Shown here in pieces: positions 62,870 through 64,000 of a stretch of DNA of 64,000 nt (the stretch's first letter is position 1; each line of letters begins with the position of its first letter). The DNA lies in assembly GCA_964601175.1 (NCBI GenBank), contig CAZRMJ010000001.1:11280-75279 (forward strand), given 5' to 3'. The translations under genes and the position numbers were made by a program. This DNA is from Candidatus Woesearchaeota archaeon. Its GTDB lineage: Archaea > Nanobdellota > Nanobdellia > Pacearchaeales > GW2011-AR1. The notes beneath the pieces are model-generated. The model had not been told where the DNA came from. It ran no database searches and worked only from the letters and a program-made list of their open reading frames with translations.

Positions 62870-64000
62870 TTATAGAATTTCACCGTGACCTATTAGTCTC
62901 CAGTGATTATTGATATTTCTTGCCAGGCCCACTTTATCATTTTTGAATGGCACTATAGGTATTTTTAGAGATATTTCAGAACGCTCTTTATCTAGCCTAG
63001 ATATTGTTCCTACAGTTACTGAAGTATTTATGGATAACATCAATGTTTCCCCTGGTTTTAGAGGATTTATTTGAACTCCTCCGACATGTTCATTGAATAG
63101 ATGGTGTTTTATTGAAATTTTAGTTGTTATTTCAGGAAGGTTTCCATTAGTAGAGACTACGCATCCAGACAATAGGTCTGTTTTTCCAAGGGACATATCT
63201 AATTCTGTTTCTATGGCAGAATTTCCTCCAGGGGTAATTTCATTTACTTTGTTTGATCCCTTGAATAAGGAAACTATTTTTGTTTTGATTGTTTTGTATT
63301 TGATTTGATTTGCTTCTTTGATTATGATTCCCGGTTTTATTTCTATACTATCCCCTACTTTTAATGTGCCTTTTTTTAATGTGCCTCCTATTACTGCTCC
63401 GTGTAAGTCTTTTGGTTTTGTTCCAGGTTTATTTATATCAAAACTTCTAGCTACCAAGAATAAAGGATTATCTTTTAGATTTCTATCCGGGATTTTTACA
63501 TTGCATAAAGCTTCATATATTCTTTCTAAGTTTATCTCTTGTTGAGATGATACTGGGATTATTATAGCGCTTTCTGCAATTGTTCCTTTGAATTCTTTCT
63601 TAATGATATTATAATTTTCAATTGCTTTTTCCTTTGAAACTAGATCTATTTTATTTTGAACTATTATCACATTTTGAATGTTCTTGGCTTGTAATGCCAT
63701 TAAGTGTTCTCTTGTTTGAGGTTTTATTCCTTCATTTGCTGCTACGACAAGAATTGCTGCATCAACTATAGCTGCACCGGAGAGCATTGTTGCCATAAGC
63801 ATTTCGTGTCCTGGGGCATCTATGAATGTGATATATCTTTGTTTTTCACCTGCATTTTTTATGTTGTATTCTTTATCTTTTGAGATAGTTATATCTGCAT
63901 ATCCTAATTTTATTGTTATTCCCCTCTTTAGTTCTTCAGAATGTGTATCTGTCCATTTTCCACTTAACTTGGATAATAAAGTTGTCTTTCCATGGTCTAT
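62870..64000 (-). CDS. eif2g: Translation initiation factor aIF2 gamma subunit (N-terminus off-window)
   Basis: My translation of 63803-64000 continues the track ORF upstream: IDHGKTTLLSKLSGKWTDTHSEELKRGITIKLGYADITISKDKEYNIKNAGEKQRYITFIDAPGHEMLMATML, then QNKIDLV and domains II/III. Confidence 0.95.
   Translation of the reverse strand: MDHGKTTLLSKLSGKWTDTHSEELKRGITIKLGYADITISKDKEYNIKNAGEKQRYITFIDAPGHEMLMATMLSGAAIVDAAILVVAANEGIKPQTREHLMALQAKNIQNVIIVQNKIDLVSKEKAIENYNIIKKEFKGTIAESAIIIPVSSQQEINLERIYEALCNVKIPDRNLKDNPLFLVARSFDINKPGTKPKDLHGAVIGGTLKKGTLKVGDSIEIKPGIIIKEANQIKYKTIKTKIVSLFKGSNKVNEITPGGNSAIETELDMSLGKTDLLSGCVVSTNGNLPEITTKISIKHHLFNEHVGGVQINPLKPGETLMLSINTSVTVGTISRLDKERSEISLKIPIVPFKNDKVGLARNINNHWRLIGHGEIL

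Noticed and set aside
1784-63545. Numerous 60-125-aa track ORFs lying antisense to or out of frame within longer ORFs (e.g. 1784-2002, 3635-3853, 4317-4616, 7734-8054, 8121-8417, 13132-13320, 14760-15248, 16773-17114, 17674-17922, 18043-18255, 19376-19633, 21507-22038, 23267-23452, 24649-24966, 25150-25332, 25564-25839, 26409-26717, 29161-29355, 30993-31462, 36770-37006, 37548-37757, 38839-39213, 42106-42330, 42795-43004, 48812-49006, 51058-51315, 52095-52304, 55468-55650, 59280-59537, 60052-62586, 63093-63545)
   Set aside because: Each is fully embedded in a longer ORF that has recognisable motifs or a coherent membrane-protein pattern. Their translations are low-complexity L/F/S/I-rich shadows, as expected in AT-rich DNA.
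1-64000. CRISPR arrays and rRNA genes
   Set aside because: Reading every intergenic region, I found no regularly spaced direct repeats of 24-40 nt. No long non-coding GC-enriched stretch compatible with 16S, 23S or 5S rRNA is present. All spacers are under 350 bp.

Overview
AT-rich (by eye about 30% G+C; not computed) archaeal chromosome segment. It probably comes from a small-genome, DPANN-type archaeon, which is an inference. Archaeal markers are a thermosome, the L7Ae-S28e-L24e operon, S10, aIF2-gamma, an archaeal-type ThrRS, a class-III-signal pilin, an intron-containing tRNA-Tyr with C1:G72, and TATA boxes about 25 nt upstream of start codons. I support about 90 protein genes and 7 tRNAs (Gly-GCC, Val-UAC, Ala-GGC, Ser-CGA, Tyr-GUA with intron, Leu, Ser-GGA). 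I found no rRNA and no CRISPR array. Most of the window is housekeeping genes mixed with many small membrane or secreted proteins of unknown function. The most interesting region is the left edge (1-5936). It holds a tightly packed operon encoding a VirB2-like pilin, a VirB6-like polytopic protein, a PrgI/VirB3-like protein and a VirB4-like ATPase that runs off the window. A divergent operator-like palindrome region follows, then a DPPY DNA methyltransferase, an unknown 325-aa partner and a decayed C5-methyltransferase. All of this abuts the 3' end of tRNA-Gly, so it is a candidate integrated transfer or DNA-import (Ced/Ted-like) island in an archaeon. Other items worth a second look: an intact GGDEF (GGEEF plus RxxD I-site) cyclase; a membrane protein with a degenerate cyclase-homology domain next to a visibly GC-richer NlpC/P60 peptidase; and an SNF2 helicase translationally coupled to a multi-zinc-ribbon protein. 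Also notable are an Hjc-like PD-(D/E)xK protein, a short poxvirus/bacterial-type topoisomerase IB, a LAGLIDADG gene 26 nt upstream of the intron-containing tRNA-Tyr, and a tRNA-Leu whose standard fold gives anticodon AAG. All family assignments come from motif recognition by eye; no database search was run.
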